From contig HF989914.1 in assembly GCA_000432255.1 (NCBI GenBank), positions 11,270 through 75,269 of the forward strand: DNA of 64,000 nt. The letters are read 5' to 3'. A program made the position numbers and the translations under genes. This DNA comes from Acholeplasma sp. CAG:878. Lineage in GTDB: Bacteria > Bacillota_I > Bacilli_A > RF39 > UBA660. Below, in pieces: positions 1 through 7,754 of the stretch (position 1 is the first letter of the stretch; every line of letters starts with the position of its first letter). The notes beneath the pieces were generated by a model. That model worked only from the letters and a program-made list of their open reading frames with translations, did no database searches and was not told the origin of the DNA.

Positions 1-428
1 ATTCTATGAGTATCTTCACGTTTTTTAACAGCTGCACCTACTCCGTTAGCAGCATCCATAATTTCATTTGCTAGATTTTCAGCCATTGAATGACCTCCTC
101 TTAATCTAGCATATTGTACTAACCATCTTAAACCTAGAGCTTGACTTCTATCTGGTCTAACTTCAATAGGTACTTGGTAGTTAGCTCCACCAACACGACG
201 AGATTTAACTTCTAAAGCTGGTTTGATATTTTCTAAAGCTTTATTTAATACGTCCATTGGTTCAGAATTTGTTTTTTCTTTAATAATATCAAAAGCATCG
301 TAAAGGATTGTTTGTGCAACACCTTTTTTACCATCAATCATTAATCTATTGATTAGTTTTGTAACTAATTTAGAATTATATAGTGGATCTGGTAATACGT
401 CTCTTTTGACTGCACGTTTTTTACGCAT
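1..428 (-). CDS. rpsG: 30S ribosomal protein S7 (N-terminal part; gene runs off the window start)
   Basis: Minus-strand translation starting at ATG 428 reads [36 protein letters not shown]..., a classic S7 N-terminus. It lies directly downstream of rpsL with a GGAG SD (str operon order). Confidence 0.9.
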   Translation of the reverse strand, partial: MRKKRAVKRDVLPDPLYNSKLVTKLINRLMIDGKKGVAQTILYDAFDIIKEKTNSEPMDVLNKALENIKPALEVKSRRVGGANYQVPIEVRPDRSQALGLRWLVQYARLRGGHSMAENLANEIMDAANGVGAAVKKREDTHR

Positions 429-444
429 CTAAATTTCTCCTTTC

Positions 445-864
445 TTACTTTTTGTCTTTTGGTCTTTTTGTACCATATTTACTACGTCCTTGACGACGTT
501 TTTCGATTCCATTAGTATCCATAGTACCACGAACAATGTGATATCTAACACCGATTAAGTCCTTAACACGACCACCTCTAATTAGTACAACACTGTGTTC
601 TTGAAGATTGTGTCCTTCTCCAGGTATATAAGCTGTAACTTCCATACCATTACTTAAACGAACACGAGCATACTTTCTTAAAGCTGAGTTTGGTTTCTTT
701 GGTGCCATCGTACCAACACGAGTACATACGCCACGTTTTTGTGGGGAATTTTGGTTAGTTCTTTTTTTATCTTTACTATTGTAACCGATTCCTAAAACTG
801 GTGATTTACTCTTTCTTGTTTTGTTTTGACGATTTTTTCTTACTAATTGATTAATAGTAGGCAT
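445..864 (-). CDS. rpsL: 30S ribosomal protein S12
   Basis: The ORF track protein contains [10 protein letters not shown]...; the true start is the internal ATG at 864, preceded by AGGAGGACG (SD). The S12 sequence is highly conserved. Confidence 0.95.
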   Translation of the reverse strand: MPTINQLVRKNRQNKTRKSKSPVLGIGYNSKDKKRTNQNSPQKRGVCTRVGTMAPKKPNSALRKYARVRLSNGMEVTAYIPGEGHNLQEHSVVLIRGGRVKDLIGVRYHIVRGTMDTNGIEKRRQGRSKYGTKRPKDKK

Positions 865-954
865 AACGTCCTCCTTTCTTACACACATCCAGGTGTTTCA
901 TTTTTTTGTTATTTTTTTGATTTACCCAAGTAAATCAAAATCAAACACGATATA

Positions 955-984
955 AATATACCACTTTTATTATATGATTGTCAA
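955..984 (-). promoter_or_regulatory. Candidate sigma-A promoter for rpsL-rpsG (TTGACA-18-TATATT)
   Basis: On the minus strand, TTGACA (plus 979-984) is followed by an 18-nt spacer and TATATT (plus 955-960), about 85 nt upstream of the rpsL ATG. Confidence 0.3.
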
Positions 985-1295
985 GCATTTTAATCCATAT
1001 TTTTTAAAAAAAATTCGAATGAAATTTTAAATACACCACTAAAAATACTAATGATTACTTTAGTCTTTCAATAATCATAACACATACATATAAAAAAGCA
1101 CTAAAAAATATAAAAATGGTATAAAAAGAGTTATGTCTTTATTTAAAACAGGTTTATTCTTATTAAATATAGCCTATAATTCTCGAATTAAAGTTCGGCT
1201 ACCTTTTTCTTTTATTCTATACGACATATAATCAAAATTAAAAATTTAACGTTTTATTATAAACCTTTAAAAAGGTCTTTTTGTGATTAATGAAA

Positions 1296-1340
1296 AAAAG
1301 ATAGAAATTATAAATTGTCAAAATCTTCTATCTTTTTCTA
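1296..1340 (-). terminator. Intrinsic terminator downstream of the prepilin-type gene
   Basis: Minus strand: AGATAGAA...TTCTATCT forms an 8-bp stem with a 19-nt loop, followed by TTTTTT(T). It also has an A-run on the other side, so it may act bidirectionally. Confidence 0.5.
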
Positions 1341-1416
1341 ATTTTTATACATTTAGGCGAAATTAGTCACTCATTTTGCCCTTATTTTATAAGGTAAAAT
1401 CAAAAACTGTCCTTAG

Positions 1417-2613
1417 TTAAGATTTTACAACATAAGGGTCTGAGCTTGTTCCACTTCCAGTAACTAATGTATCAGCACTTAGGTTAATAACAGGTCGAAC
1501 GCCATAATTACTGGCGACATGAAAGTCGCCAGTACGACCAGCGCTAACAACACCCCAAGCACGTGCATAATCATTATAAGTATAGAAGCCGGCGGGGCTC
1601 ATCATACAATATGCACTTCCATTTTTTAGATAAAAGTTTGAACTACTTCCTATTACTCCACCTGCAAATAGTACTTCATCTATTGTTATCAAACCTACTT
1701 TTCCACTTACGACACCTTTTCCGTTTCCATCTGTTGTACAATCAAATGATGGTGTGTAATTATCTTTTGTTGCTACTGTAGCACTTCCTGCAGTATAGTT
1801 TGTATTATATACTACTTTTGCTTGTTCACAAAAATAATTTCCATTTACCACTTTTTCATCAAAACCTTTGTCACTTATATTTGTTTTATACCAGTTTTCT
1901 ACTGCTGTTTTGATTTCTGAGTTTGTATAATACATTTTATCATATGTATTGTATGCACTATTAAATTTTTGACTTGAGATAACATTATCTTGTGTTATTA
2001 ATCTCATTGTTCCATCTTCATTGATTCTTACTATTCTCCATACTTTGTCAGCAAACTTTACATAATTATTTTCTACTGCTCCTTTAAAATAATATGTCGT
2101 TCCAGTGCTAGTGGTTTTTGAATATAATCCATCTCCACTTGTAACAACATTGGAATCATTAGTTCCTAACAACTTTTCTTTGAGTATTGGTTCTGATGAT
2201 ACATCATTTTCTTTAGTACAAGTAACATTACTATTAATAGTTCCATCACTATTTACATTCGTACATACATAATCTTTCATTGAAGCAAACTTTACTCCTT
2301 CAATCTTAATTCCTTTTTCAACGCTATCTTTTGAATTATAGATTGTCCATGTTCCTGCTATTGGTTTTTCTCCTGCTACTGTTAATTCATTTACATCTCC
2401 AGTAGTTATTTTATTTAAGTTTAGTAATCCTTCGGCATATTTTGTTCTTACCGCATCGATTACTCCATAGCAACTTTTTTCTATTGACTTAATTTTGGCA
2501 TTTTCGATGACATTAAATATTATTGGAGTTGTTATTAAGGCTATTATTGATAATACTACAATTACTGCCAATAATTCAATTAATGTAAATCCTTTTTTCT
2601 TTTTATTCTTCAT
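1417..2613 (-). CDS. Prepilin-type (class III signal peptide) protein with a large C-terminal domain; paralog of 49105..50902
   Basis: The N-terminus MKNKKKKG|FTLIELLAVIVVLSIIALI carries a prepilin cleavage/methylation motif with Glu at +5, followed by about 370 aa. The C-terminal roughly 200 aa (YYFKG...MSPAGF...GVRPVINLSADTLVTGSGTSSDPYVV) are closely similar to the C-terminus of ORF 49105..50532. Confidence 0.8.
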   Translation of the reverse strand: MKNKKKKGFTLIELLAVIVVLSIIALITTPIIFNVIENAKIKSIEKSCYGVIDAVRTKYAEGLLNLNKITTGDVNELTVAGEKPIAGTWTIYNSKDSVEKGIKIEGVKFASMKDYVCTNVNSDGTINSNVTCTKENDVSSEPILKEKLLGTNDSNVVTSGDGLYSKTTSTGTTYYFKGAVENNYVKFADKVWRIVRINEDGTMRLITQDNVISSQKFNSAYNTYDKMYYTNSEIKTAVENWYKTNISDKGFDEKVVNGNYFCEQAKVVYNTNYTAGSATVATKDNYTPSFDCTTDGNGKGVVSGKVGLITIDEVLFAGGVIGSSSNFYLKNGSAYCMMSPAGFYTYNDYARAWGVVSAGRTGDFHVASNYGVRPVINLSADTLVTGSGTSSDPYVVKS

Positions 2614-2744
2614 ATACTACTATTCCTTTCCTTATTTTTTAATATTATTTAATTTACTACTATTACTACTTTTTATGCACCGCCACCTTTTTTTATAAGT
2701 ATATTGTTAACTATAAAATACCATTTGATTATTTTCACAACACA

Positions 2745-2885
2745 TTCTTTGTTAAAAAACAAAAAAACACATCAAAAAACTAGTTTTCTCGTGTTTATTT
2801 ATATGGTTAGTTAAATACTTCTCTTTATTTGTTAACTTATTATATATATTATTTAACATAACCATATTGTTCACTCCTTGTTTTT
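2745..2885 (-). promoter_or_regulatory. Conserved upstream element, copy A (SD + short uORF + 17-bp inverted repeat + hairpin/T-run)
   Basis: Minus strand reads AAGGAGTGAacaatATGGTTATGTTAAATAAT...TATTTAACTAACCATATAAATAAACACGAG-AAAACTAGTTTT-TTGATGTGTTTTTTT. Arms atatggttatgttaaata and tatttaactaaccatat form a 17-bp inverted repeat separated by about 33 nt. The same block recurs at 50985..51125. Confidence 0.5.
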
Positions 2886-2968
2886 TTTAAATCTTTATTT
2901 AATTTGCAAATACAAATCAATAGTCATATCTTATGACAAGATAATCGTATCATATAAAATATAAAAAT

Positions 2969-3655
2969 TCAATATTTATTCAACATTTTTAATCTTCTAA
3001 TTACTTTCTTTTCGATTCTTGAAATATAAGATTGACTTATTCCCATAACCTCAGCAACATCTTTTTGAGTCAACTCAGCTTGACCATATAGTCCATACCT
3101 TAATGTCATTATTTTTTTATCACGAACTGGTAATTTATCAATCTCTTCATACAATATTTTTTTATCAATCTCATCTTCTAATGGTTTAGTTACTATATTA
3201 TTTTCTGTTCCTAAAATATCTTCTAAATGCAGTTCATTTCCTTCACTATCATAACTAAGACTATCTTCAAAACTAACTTCACTTCTTCTTTTTTTGTTTT
3301 TTCTTAAAAACATTAAAATTTCATTATCAATACACCTTGATGCATATGTAGCTAATTTAATATTTTTATCTAATTTATATGTATTAACACCTTTTATTAA
3401 TCCAATTGTTCCAATACTTACTAAATCTTCCAAATCCACACCTGTATTTTCATATTTTTTAGCTAAAAACACTACTAATCTTAAATTGTGTTCGATTAAT
3501 TTTTTTCTTGCTTCCTCTTCACCTTCTTGACTCCTAAGCACGTATGCTACTTCATCTTCTTTTGATAATGGTTCTGGTAGCTTATCCGCACTCCCTACAT
3601 AAAATATTTCACCTGTAAATATTTTTAATATTAATTCTTTAATTTTTTTTAACAT
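2969..3655 (-). CDS. sigE: Sporulation sigma factor sigma-E (pro-sigma-E)
   Basis: The protein aligns along its full length to B. subtilis SigE. The pro-sequence region ...EIFYVGSADKLPEPLSKEDE matches ...EVYYIGGSEALPPPLSKDEE, and LIEHNLRLVVFLAKKYENTGVDLEDLVSIGTIGLIKGV, KLATYASRCIDNEILMFLR and TQKDVAEVMGISQSYISRIEK are all shared. A GGAGGAATGAA SD lies in the 3' end of spoIIGA. Confidence 0.9.
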   Translation of the reverse strand: MLKKIKELILKIFTGEIFYVGSADKLPEPLSKEDEVAYVLRSQEGEEEARKKLIEHNLRLVVFLAKKYENTGVDLEDLVSIGTIGLIKGVNTYKLDKNIKLATYASRCIDNEILMFLRKNKKRRSEVSFEDSLSYDSEGNELHLEDILGTENNIVTKPLEDEIDKKILYEEIDKLPVRDKKIMTLRYGLYGQAELTQKDVAEVMGISQSYISRIEKKVIRRLKMLNKY

Positions 3656-3656
3656 T

Positions 3657-4421
3657 TCATTCCTCCAATAATTTTTTATTTAACAAACAATCTACTCCAT
3701 CAATTTTAATTTTATTCTCAAGAATTCCAATTATTACTTTTTCATATTCTTTTTCATTAATAATAACTTTATCTGCTTTAAAACATTTTATTAACCCTCT
3801 ACTAACACCAGTATAAGGTATAAAGTAATAATTAGCATCAATATTTATATCAATTAATAAAACTGCTTTTTTAGTAATTGGATCAACTAAATTATTGCCA
3901 GTATCTAAAAATCCTTTGCATTTTATTTCCTTTTTAGAAACATAAATAGTTACATCATAATAGTTATTATAATTGTGTTTTAACCAAATTCCTTGTTTTA
4001 TATACAAATATAATATTATCGGTGAGGATATAATTAAAAATACAAAATTAACCGATAACCCATTATTAATAAAAATCAATCCTTTTTGTTTATACGAAAA
4101 TGTTACATTTAAAAAGTACAAAAATCCTCCTAAAATCATACTTGTTGAATATAAATATAGTATATTTTTAAATGTATATTTCAAATCATAATATCCAAAA
4201 GTAATCAATACCATTAAAATACTTATAAATATTTTAAATATAAATAAAGTAAAAGTTGTAAATTCAAAAAACAAAAATAACATACTTAATCCACCTATAA
4301 AAGCTCCAAATATTATTCTTTTTATACTAGCATTTCTTTTTAAAACAATAGAAACAGTTAATAATAAAATAAAATCAAAGAAAAAATTCAAAAGCATAAT
4401 TATATCTATATATATTTTCAT
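3657..4421 (-). CDS. spoIIGA: Pro-sigma-E processing aspartic protease SpoIIGA
   Basis: MKIYIDIIMLLNFFFDFILLLTVSIVLKR aligns with the B. subtilis SpoIIGA N-terminus MKIYLDVIWLLNFCFDALLLLLTAFILKR. The protein is a multi-TM protein with the C-terminal FLDTGNNLVDP aspartyl-protease motif. The ORF-track start at 4478 is a TTG; the ATG at 4421 matches the homolog. Confidence 0.8.
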   Translation of the reverse strand: MKIYIDIIMLLNFFFDFILLLTVSIVLKRNASIKRIIFGAFIGGLSMLFLFFEFTTFTLFIFKIFISILMVLITFGYYDLKYTFKNILYLYSTSMILGGFLYFLNVTFSYKQKGLIFINNGLSVNFVFLIISSPIILYLYIKQGIWLKHNYNNYYDVTIYVSKKEIKCKGFLDTGNNLVDPITKKAVLLIDINIDANYYFIPYTGVSRGLIKCFKADKVIINEKEYEKVIIGILENKIKIDGVDCLLNKKLLEE

Positions 4422-4470
4422 AAACAAATTATACAAAAAATGATATAAATATTGTGTCGAAAGAAAGAAA
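4422..4470 (-). promoter_or_regulatory. Candidate spoIIG-type promoter: perfect TATAAT 6 nt before the spoIIGA ATG, with a Spo0A-box (TGTCGAA) over the -35 region
   Basis: Minus strand reads ...cTTTCGACAcaatatttatatcattttttgTATAATttgtttATG. The 0A-box consensus TGTCGAA is at plus 4455-4461 and the -10 hexamer at plus 4428-4433. No SD is present. Confidence 0.35.
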
Positions 4471-4491
4471 AAAAACAAGCTTTTTTAAGGC

Positions 4492-5748
4492 TTATTTTAT
4501 TATAAAACTAACACCAATTCTTTCATTTTGGATATTTATTTCATATCCTAACAAAGATAATGTTTTTTTAACAATTGATAGACCTAATCCAAATTGACCT
4601 TTCATACCCTTGGTATAAGGAGAAAATATACTATTAAGGACATCTTCATCAATTTTTGGTCCATCATTATAAAGAGTTATTTTATTGTTTTTTATGGTTA
4701 TTTTAATAACTTTATTTGCGTATCTAACAAAGTTATTTAATAGGTTATCAATTATTGCTTCCCATAGAGAAAATGTACCATTAAATTTTGTATTTCCACT
4801 GTAATTAATAGTAAATTTAACATCTTGTCTTTGAATTTTAAATTTAGTTATTGAACTTTCTATAACGTCTTTTAAATCTACTTTTTCTGTGTGATATTGC
4901 TCAAGGTCTTTAATATAATTTAATTTATTAAGATATAAAAGGGAGTGAACTTTATTCTCTAATTTTTCTACTTGTTCCTTGACTACTTTTCTTGCTTCTT
5001 TTGCATCTAACATATCATCATCTACAGCTTCCATATAAGATTTTATAACAGTTAGGGGTGTTTTAAAATCGTGTGATATATTTTGATACATTTGATTTTT
5101 ATATTCTTCTTGCTCTTTTAGGGAAATTTTAATATTATCAATAGCTTTAGACAAAACAGATAATTCATCATCAACATAATCAATATCTTCTGATTCGTAT
5201 TCAAAATTATCTAAGTTATCGATTTTTTTCTTGAGTATATTTATTTTTATAACAAGTCTTCTAGCCCATAAAACGACTATTGAAACTGCTATAAACAAAG
5301 TTATTATTAAAGTTGGGATTAGTGTATTAATAATATCTCTTCTAATATTTAAGACATATACATTATTTGTAAGAGTTACTCTCATTTGAGTATTTTTTAA
5401 TGAACTACAATAGTAATAGGTTTTACCTAAATTATTGAATTTACCACAGCCGTCATTTATATTCTCTAAAATCTGTTCAGGTTCTAAATCTATGATTTCA
5501 CTTAAGTTATTTGATACTAATAGTTGGGAGTTTTTGGTAACATATAAATAAGCGATATCATCTAATCCATTAGTCATAGTATCATCATCGATAAATTTTA
5601 ATGGTTGACTTAGGTATTGATAAATATTTCTCTCGTATATTGGAAGCATCAATCTTGGGAGGAGTAATCCAAGACCAATAAAGATTATTCCACATATTAT
5701 AATTGCAATAGCTACTAGTTGACGATATAAGGTTGTTTTTATTTTCAT
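4492..5748 (-). CDS. Sensor histidine kinase (two TM helices, extracytoplasmic loop, HisKA H-box HDFKTPLT, HATPase_c)
   Basis: H-box ISHDFKTPLTVIKSYMEA; C-terminal ATP-binding G-boxes (GLGLSIVKK); N-terminal TM helices flank a roughly 130-aa loop. Confidence 0.85.
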   Translation of the reverse strand: MKIKTTLYRQLVAIAIIICGIIFIGLGLLLPRLMLPIYERNIYQYLSQPLKFIDDDTMTNGLDDIAYLYVTKNSQLLVSNNLSEIIDLEPEQILENINDGCGKFNNLGKTYYYCSSLKNTQMRVTLTNNVYVLNIRRDIINTLIPTLIITLFIAVSIVVLWARRLVIKINILKKKIDNLDNFEYESEDIDYVDDELSVLSKAIDNIKISLKEQEEYKNQMYQNISHDFKTPLTVIKSYMEAVDDDMLDAKEARKVVKEQVEKLENKVHSLLYLNKLNYIKDLEQYHTEKVDLKDVIESSITKFKIQRQDVKFTINYSGNTKFNGTFSLWEAIIDNLLNNFVRYANKVIKITIKNNKITLYNDGPKIDEDVLNSIFSPYTKGMKGQFGLGLSIVKKTLSLLGYEINIQNERIGVSFIIK

Positions 5749-6401
5749 GTTAATCTATATCCATATCCATAGATTGTATTAACATTTAAGTTGGGCATTT
5801 TTTTTCTTAATCGTCTTACTAAATCATCTACTACTCTATCACTACCGAAATAATCACTTCCCCAAACTCGAGTTAATATTTCATCTCTACTGAATGATTT
5901 ACCTAAATTATTTACGAATAAAACTAATAAATCAAATTCTAAGGTTGTTAAGTTAATTTCCTTATTATTTTCTTTTACACTTCGCTTATCAAGATTAATT
6001 TCATATGATTCATAAACTGTACTATTGGAGTTATTATACACTCTTTTAAAAATATTATTTATTCTTAAAACGAGTTCTTTAGGTGAATATGGTTTAGTAA
6101 TATAATCATCACTTCCTAATTCTAAACCTATTATTTTATCTAAATCTTGATCACGAGCTGATGTAAAAATAACTGGAACATTTTGATTATATTCTCTTAT
6201 TTTTCTTATTAAATCGTAACCACTTATACTATCACCTAACATAATATCTAAAATCCATAAATCAACTTTTTCTTGACCTATAAAGTTATAAGCATCTATT
6301 CCGCTATAAAATGAAACTACTTCATAACCTGCTTTTTCAATATATGTTTTTAATAAATTATTTAAGTCTTTTTCATCCTCGACTAAACAAATCTTATACA
6401 T
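5745..6401 (-). CDS. OmpR/PhoB-family response regulator
   Basis: Receiver domain (ICLVEDEKDL...DLWILDIMLG...), C-terminal winged-helix (LTTLEFDLLVLFVNNLGKSFSRDEIL...GYGYRL). The likely start is ATG 6401 (MYKICLVEDE) with an AGGTGA SD; the ORF-track start at 6410 is a GTG inside that SD. Confidence 0.85.
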   Translation of the reverse strand: MYKICLVEDEKDLNNLLKTYIEKAGYEVVSFYSGIDAYNFIGQEKVDLWILDIMLGDSISGYDLIRKIREYNQNVPVIFTSARDQDLDKIIGLELGSDDYITKPYSPKELVLRINNIFKRVYNNSNSTVYESYEINLDKRSVKENNKEINLTTLEFDLLVLFVNNLGKSFSRDEILTRVWGSDYFGSDRVVDDLVRRLRKKMPNLNVNTIYGYGYRLT

Positions 6402-6406
6402 ATTTA

Positions 6407-6469
6407 TCACCTATCTAAAGTATAGCACTTTTTTATCTCATTTACCACCTCCATTTTAAATTTTATCAT
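6407..6469 (-). CDS. Short upstream ORF (20 aa, MIKFKMEVVNEIKKCYTLDR) with a perfect SD; its stop overlaps the response-regulator SD
   Basis: AAGGAGGTGatagaATG...; the TGA stop is part of the AGGTGA SD of the response-regulator gene. Confidence 0.25.
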   Translation of the reverse strand: MIKFKMEVVNEIKKCYTLDR

Positions 6470-6684
6470 TCTATCACCTCCTTGTAGTTTAAGTATACAA
6501 GATAAATGTGTAATTTTTTTGATAAAACAATGGGAAATTGTGGTAATGAATATAAAATAGTATTTTTTTAATATGATTTTTTATAGATTATCTAAGTAAT
6601 AATTGATTATTAACCCCACATTTTCTTTGGTAACTTTTAAATATAAAATGTGTATAATTGAATTAGAAAAAAATTTATAAAAAA

Positions 6685-6777
6685 ATGATGGGTACCCCAG
6701 GCGAGATGAATGCTCACATACAAAGTATGCTTACTGGCATTGCCAACACATCGTTATTCCTTCACAAGTATCCCATC
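6685..6777 (-). ncRNA. Candidate small structured RNA (about 95 nt), GC-rich, with its own extended -10 promoter and a closing stem plus U-run
   Basis: The minus strand carries tgcTATAATatatttgtaGATGGGATAC...(GC-rich about 75 nt)...GTACCCATCatttttttat. The closing helix is GATGGG(A)TAC/GTACCCATC. The region is GC-rich in an AT-rich genome. The promoter overlaps the stop codon of ORF 6804..7754. The family is unidentified. Confidence 0.3.
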
Positions 6778-6803
6778 TACAAATATATTATAGCATATAA
6801 TTG

Positions 6804-7754
6804 TTAATTATTCACAACTTTTTTATTTTTGAATTCTTCGATGTAAACTTGACTAATATATTCAATTGTTATATCACTATATTTATAAATTTTGGTTTTA
6901 GAATAAGGAAACTGATAACAATAATCTTGATTATTTTTTAATCCCTTTCTTTTACATATATCTTGAAATTTATTTGATGTAAATTTATGATTTGGACCTA
7001 GCGATAGCTCCAATGTTTCTTTTATCTTTTTAATTACTTCTGTAGCAGTATAAGGATGAGTTTTATCGATATCTTTTGGAACATTAATTATTGTAGCTTT
7101 TTCTCCACCATCTCTAACAACTGTGTATTTAATATCAGCTTCTTGCTCTTTTTTAGTAGATACTAATCTTAATGTTTGAGTTAAATTCTCATCTGAATCT
7201 AGTTCTTTTTTTATTTTTTTAAGCATTAACAAATTACTAGGATTTAATATTAAAGAAGAAACATCTTTATCATCTCCAGGATTAACTAACGCAATATATG
7301 GTGTTACCTTTTCATTTAAATTATATTCTGGAAATTGTTTTTTGAAAAACTTATTATAGTTTGTTAAACATCTTTGAAAAGCAGGGGATAATATAAAATC
7401 ATATTCTGGTAATATTAGATGTGTTGCTTTATTTCTAATATTTCTAACAAAAGAAATATTGTTCTTTGTTTTATCTGTTGTACTTGTAAAAACTTTCTCT
7501 ACACATTCATCTAGTCCAATTGTTCTATTAGTATCATCTTTATAATTTATTACATTGATATCTTTTGCTTTATTAATAAGATATGCTTTTAATAATAATT
7601 CCCAAGCATTACAGATAAAAAAACAAAATCCTTCAGTTCTATAATTAATAGTGGGTTTATTTATTATCTCAATTGACATTAAATATGCTTCTTCTGATTT
7701 ATTTAGTAGTGCATTAATATATTTATTTAATTCTTCTGTTTTGATAACTATCAT
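6804..7754 (-). CDS. Hypothetical protein, possibly DUF3644-like (N-terminal ...IINKPTINYRTEGFCFFICNAWELLLKAYLI... motif)
   Basis: 316-aa ORF with no housekeeping homolog recognised. The N-terminal motif resembles, as far as I can recall, the DUF3644 family often found in defence/RM neighbourhoods. It is a monocistronic gene next to tRNA-Leu. Confidence 0.6.
   Translation of the reverse strand: MIVIKTEELNKYINALLNKSEEAYLMSIEIINKPTINYRTEGFCFFICNAWELLLKAYLINKAKDINVINYKDDTNRTIGLDECVEKVFTSTTDKTKNNISFVRNIRNKATHLILPEYDFILSPAFQRCLTNYNKFFKKQFPEYNLNEKVTPYIALVNPGDDKDVSSLILNPSNLLMLKKIKKELDSDENLTQTLRLVSTKKEQEADIKYTVVRDGGEKATIINVPKDIDKTHPYTATEVIKKIKETLELSLGPNHKFTSNKFQDICKRKGLKNNQDYCYQFPYSKTKIYKYSDITIEYISQVYIEEFKNKKVVNN

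Noticed and set aside
2670-2700. GGTGGCGGTGC motif near the pilin-1 start as a T-box-like sequence
   Set aside because: It lies downstream of the hairpin, in the wrong position for an antiterminator. There is no specifier or terminator context, and pilin genes are not aminoacyl-tRNA regulated.
2798-2870. Invertible (phase-variable) promoter switch flanked by the 17-bp inverted repeats upstream of the pilin genes
   Set aside because: The arms are only about 33 bp apart, too close for a recombinase-invertible promoter segment. No recombinase gene is adjacent. It is more consistent with an RNA hairpin or operator.
6685-6777. Identification of the GC-rich element as SRP (4.5S) RNA or 6S RNA
   Set aside because: The size and hairpin shape would fit a small SRP RNA. 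However, the conserved domain IV motifs (GGAA tetraloop context, AGCAGCC-type asymmetric loop) are not present, and it is too short for 6S. It is kept only as an unclassified sRNA candidate.
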